Positions 59,671-64,000 of a DNA stretch of 64,000 nucleotides are shown here, one piece after another. The notes beneath the pieces were generated by a model that made no database searches, was not told where the DNA came from, and worked only from the letters and a program-made list of their open reading frames with translations. The position numbers and the translations under genes were made by a program. The stretch lies in NCBI GenBank assembly GCA_010909165.1, contig MU008179.1, forward strand, positions 868,001-932,000. Direction: 5' to 3'. Positions within the stretch are counted from its first letter, which is position 1. Every line of letters begins with the position of its first letter. The stretch comes from Anthoceros angustus (taxonomy: Eukaryota > Plantae > Anthocerotophyta).

Positions 59671-61299
59671 TTTGTAAACATCTGCGCCCTTAATCGGTTG
59701 TAGCACGGTGTATACAATGAAGGGAGCAGCGCTCCGGCGCCTGCCGTCGAACTTCGATTCAAGTGGTGGCAACTCACGAAAGCTAGTAGTGTCCACATCT
59801 CGAGAATAGCTTGAGCGGATCACGAGAATGCCCACAGTACATGCAGCAACCTCTAGCCACAAGGTGGATGGTCCTCACACCAGGGATACTAAAAGTGACC
59901 AGGGAAAGGATCATAACAACACTGCTATCCGTGCACATCTTTATCCGATGCCATTTGTGTCGAGTGCGTGGCAGTCAATTCAGTCGTGAATGGTTCCGTC
60001 CCCAAGCACAACCCAAAACCCCAATCGCACCGGCTCCACCTCATTGTGAGCTGCGCCTCAGGCCTCTTCTTGAAGCAGCGATGTCATTGATCACTGGGAG
60101 GCCATATCCGGTAGCGCCTGTAGGAAACAGCAGCAACCTGAAGATAATATGAGTGAAATCGAGGCCACGGCAGTGAGGCCTACAAGATCTTGGGAATGAC
60201 GGCCGCAGGCGCCCTCCCTTACCCTTGTCTGCATGTTCCCGATGCGGCCCCATAGTGCACGCACATGTCCGCCGGCGAGGCTTTCAGACACCTTTGGACT
60301 CCAACTAACTGTGCAAAATTGCTCCAGCTGGCGTTGGCGGAAAGCGTCACGTGGGCGGGGAGGAAAGGCGAGGAGAGTGCTTGGCCCGGCGGGCCCACTT
60401 GCTTCTCGGAGTATCTTCTAGCGGCGGCTCCGGATCCAGAGGCACGTGCAGTGGCGGTGAGCCCATGTCAATAATCGCTAGATGCCCTTGTGTGCTTGTG
60501 TGAATGTATTATTACTGCAACCAAGCCTTACGACCCAGCCCGAGCCCGAGCCGTGCATCCTGCCAAGACCCAAATTGCAAACATCGTGGCGTCCAAGCTC
60601 TTCACCGGACTTCAGGCTACTTGACCACTTACACACCCCGATGGGATGGTCAGGAAAGCCTTGAGGAAGAAAGCGCAGAAACTGCTTAATCAAGTTCGAG
60701 GTAAGCACCACACCTTTGAACTTCCCAATTCACAATTTGACACCCTTCCTCCTTCCTTTTCTTCAGGTAACATAGTCGCATGAGAAATGGATCCAATTAC
60801 TTCACCTCGGGCACAGGAACAGCCCACCACAACCCAGAAATGACATCCCGAAAGCAGCACCCAACTCACCCAATCTGCTTTGTGGCGCCCGCCTTCGCCT
60901 ACTCCACGGACCGCGGCTTCCGCCAGCGCGACTTGGCGAAAACACGCGGCCCAGGCCGATGCTGGACTGGGTCCGGCGCATGGTACCCACCGCGCGGGGC
61001 GGGCAAGCGGAGGGTGAGGCGGTCGAGGATCCGGCGGTTACCTTTGGTCGGGAAGGCGCGGCGGGCGGAGGCGTGGCGAGGCAAGCGAGGCAGAGATTGG
61101 TGAGCAGCGGCGCCCGGATCGAAGTGGCGCTGCGGGGCGAGGCGAGCTGGAGGGCCTCGGGCTTGCAACTGCTGCTCAAGCGAGCTCAAGCCCATGTATT
61201 CTTATTCTTTGGATGAGACTCAATGCCATGGCAGAAATGGGCACCCAATTCGTTTGCTCCAACTCTTGGCTCTGGCGCTCCATTCCAATTGCTAGATGC

Positions 61300-62600
61300 T
61301 TCCCATCGGGAGCTTAGTATTACGCCCGCCGTTTTGAGGTTCGAGGTTAGGTTTGGTGGTTCAAGGCTAGGTTTGGCAAAGTCGGGCTAGGTTTGGAAAG
61401 GTAGGCGGCGAACCAATCAGCGGACTTAGTTAGAGTTTGGACTGCAGCTGGAAGTTTAGGTTCCGGAAATTCAAATGAGGCACAGTAGAGAGCGTGGCGG
61501 CAAGCGGAGGATGAAAAACCTAGGTTTCGTGGCTATTTAAGGGCTTTCTCCAGAGGCGAGGTCTTTCGACGGCAGCCTCAGAAGACCGAAGGTCTTCCTG
61601 TGTTTGCTCCTTTTGTCTTGTCGGCATAGGTTTGCATGCAGAAGGCCAAGGGTCTCTTGGTTTTGCGTCTTGTTTTGCGAGGATAGGTATGTCGAAGGCC
61701 AGGTCCGGTGTAGTTTAGTGTTGTAGTTGTGAAGGTGACTTTGTTTTGGTGTTGTATTTGTTGTAGAGGTGACTTTGTTTTGATTTGAAGGCCATACGCC
61801 TCTTCCACGAAGGCCAAGGTTATTTTGGTTCGAAGGCCAAGGTTTCTGGAGGTTAAAGGCCAACTTAACGCTTCATGATTGCTTGTTTGGTTATAGCTTG
61901 TTGTTCTTTGGTGTGTCTTTGTTCTTGATTTGTTTTCCGGTCCACTTTCTATTATGTCGTTCTTGAGTCTGGCTGGCTCTATGATTAGGTTTATACACTT
62001 TTGTGGTGTCTTGGCTCTTCACCTCTGTATATGTGGTTTCTGCATGTGGTTACATCGTTAATGGTTTCCTTGTTCGATGTCTGCTACATCTGTTTACTTT
62101 CGTTGTCTTTTGCCTATGCCACGTATGCGTTGCATCTTACTTGCTCTCTCGAAGGCATTACTTGTTCCTTGCTTTGCTCTTGTTTCATGTTGGTTATGTG
62201 TGTTCTTTCGTTGTTTTATGTTGTTGAGAACTGTAACTCCTGGTTCGAAAGACTGGAAGGTAACTGGTAGGACTTGTTGCAATGTTGAAGCAAGAAAGTC
62301 TCAGTGAAGCCAACTGCCTTGGTCTGCTGCTTTGGGGACCTGTTTGGTTTGTGTTTGTGAACGCTGCTTTTTGTTCTCATTGCTCATCTCAGGTCCTTCT
62401 TTAGTGCTTGTACGCAAATGTTTTCCGCTTACGCATTTACTAGGGGTGGTACATAGCTTGTAAGAACGCTTTTCGAAAACCATCGCTTGTATGGCTCATG
62501 GCTTTGTTTCTCGGTCATTATAATGGCTGTCTGCTTCATTCCTGAGCACCTTACGCTTGCCACGCTCGCTTTTTCGTGAAAGTCCGGCCTCGGGTGGAGA
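61300..62600. mobile_element. Probable large LTR / non-coding TE segment with GAAGGCCA(A)GG repeats
   Basis: About six GAAGGCCA motifs at 61640-61865, a T-rich non-coding tract and no credible ORF. Boundaries are uncertain. Confidence 0.35.
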
Positions 62601-63439
62601 CCATTAGGAGTAAGTCCGAAACTCCGAAGTCACCAAAGCCCTAATACGCGAAGTTTTCAAGGGGTTTTCGCGGTTTTCGCTAGTTCTCCGTGTTTTATCC
62701 CATCTTTGGTTCGAGATACAATTTACCAGTAGGTGCTCTTGGACTTTTCAATTGCTTATAAACCGCCTCAGCGCTAATGCATCGCCCTCGAGTTCGGCTT
62801 TATCACTTGTGGGTCTGTGATGCTTATCCGTGGAATCTTGAAGTCAAAGTAAGTTTGTGTTGTGTCTTTGTTTCTAACCTTATGTAGGATATGCAAGCAT
62901 CTATTGTTCTGTCATGTACTGGTCTTTGGGAACAAGTGTTTGTTTGTCTATCTTTAATTAAAGAACAGTATTTGGTTTCGCTCAATACTGCTCATAACAT
63001 TGCATCTTGGCTTGCCTCACACAGAGGCTCAAGGTCCAAATTCATTCTTGGCCTTAAGTTAGTTCTTCGATTTAGGGGCCTGTTATTTTTTTGAAGTGAA
63101 TCAGAGTATGTTAGGGAATCGCAATGAATATTGCTATTACTAACCGAATGTTTTTACTGCCGACGTATTTAGCGATTTTGGTGGATTTCTAGAATGGGCT
63201 TCTATCTAGATGTACCCGGGTTTTACTTGGTGGCTATTTTTTCACTCCCATCGCTATGGTTTCAACATGTGGATAGTGGATTATTTTCACCCTACATTAT
63301 TTTTTCGCACTGTTGTTATAAATTTTTGATCGTATTCATGAAATGAACGCATCAATGTGTTAATTTCTCGTTTTAGAATTCCACCGCCCCCGAAAAATCG
63401 AACGAGCGCTGGCCGAGGCCCTGTGACGAGGCCGCGATT

Positions 63440-64000
63440 TACCACGTGGCAATCGCAGGATGGGGAGTGTCGAACTTTTCCGTAGTCAAGGTTATGGCAC
63501 ACGGGCGAGATGGTCCCGAGGGTGGTCCGAATCCTAAGGGAAGTGCAGCCATGCTAATCCAAGCCGCTGGCCGTACATTTTTTGAGAATGTATGTGGGGC
63601 ATTTGATAAACGGAGAACGTCCGTGAGGACTATTATGAGCAGCCCAAAGCATGGTTGGGTGAAGAGTTCATCATCGATGCACGCATCGGGTCATATGCTC
63701 ACCGAGTACCTTAGCTTTTGGACACAAACATGGTCAAGTGGAAATTCCTGCAGCATCAAGTGTATCCGATTTATTCCTGTGGAAAAGTATGTGGATGAAA
63801 TTGGAGGAAGGGGCGGCCTTTCGCGGTCGGTCTGTGAAAGGATGAACCCGCCACACTTCCGATCAACGTAATGGAGTGCCGGAGGGCTGGCCCCCTTGGT
63901 AAGGAACTACAATCATATGCGTTAGAAGGGGAGGGATGGCATGGTCTTGGATGTGAGCAGGGAATGAAATCGGGAACCCACCATAAGGGAGCGAGAGCGG
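63440..64000 (+). pseudogene. Diverged DNMT3-like C5 methyltransferase fragment (motifs IV-IX), continuing past the window edge
   Basis: Joined across frameshifts: VAIAGW-EC (63446-63470), YIFENV (~63575-63592), EEFIIDARIGSYAHRV..FWT (63661-63725), PHF..N, GWP..V, and REPTIRERER at the window end. The order is colinear with the copy at 30018-31500. Confidence 0.72.

Overview
Eukaryotic, spliceosomal-intron DNA from a green plant lineage. The likely source is a non-seed streptophyte (charophyte alga or bryophyte-grade plant); this is an inference from gene content, short GT-AG introns and retroelement types. The left ~22.5 kb is gene-dense. It holds an NB-ARC-TPR gene whose TPR repeats are each encoded by their own phase-2 exon, a deletion-derivative copy of that gene, and an intronless TFIIH subunit TFB4/p34. 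It also holds a UDP-galactose transporter (UTr3/SLC35B1 family), two tandem GT92 GALS-like galactosyltransferases, a DUF3531 plastid protein and a secreted right-handed beta-helix protein. The right ~40 kb is mostly nested repeats: stacked satellites, a CACTA-like end, Copia elements, a DUF7869-like DDE transposase and Gypsy-type gag/protease remnants, plus two tandem root-cap/LEA-related genes. The strongest unusual signal is three separate, frameshifted pieces of a DNMT3-like cytosine methyltransferase with a GWEC catalytic motif; one lies directly downstream of a Gypsy-type aspartic protease. Many frameshifts in the repeat-rich half fall in homopolymer runs and may be sequencing or assembly errors. 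All exon structures and family assignments come from manual translation and motif recognition; no database searches were run.
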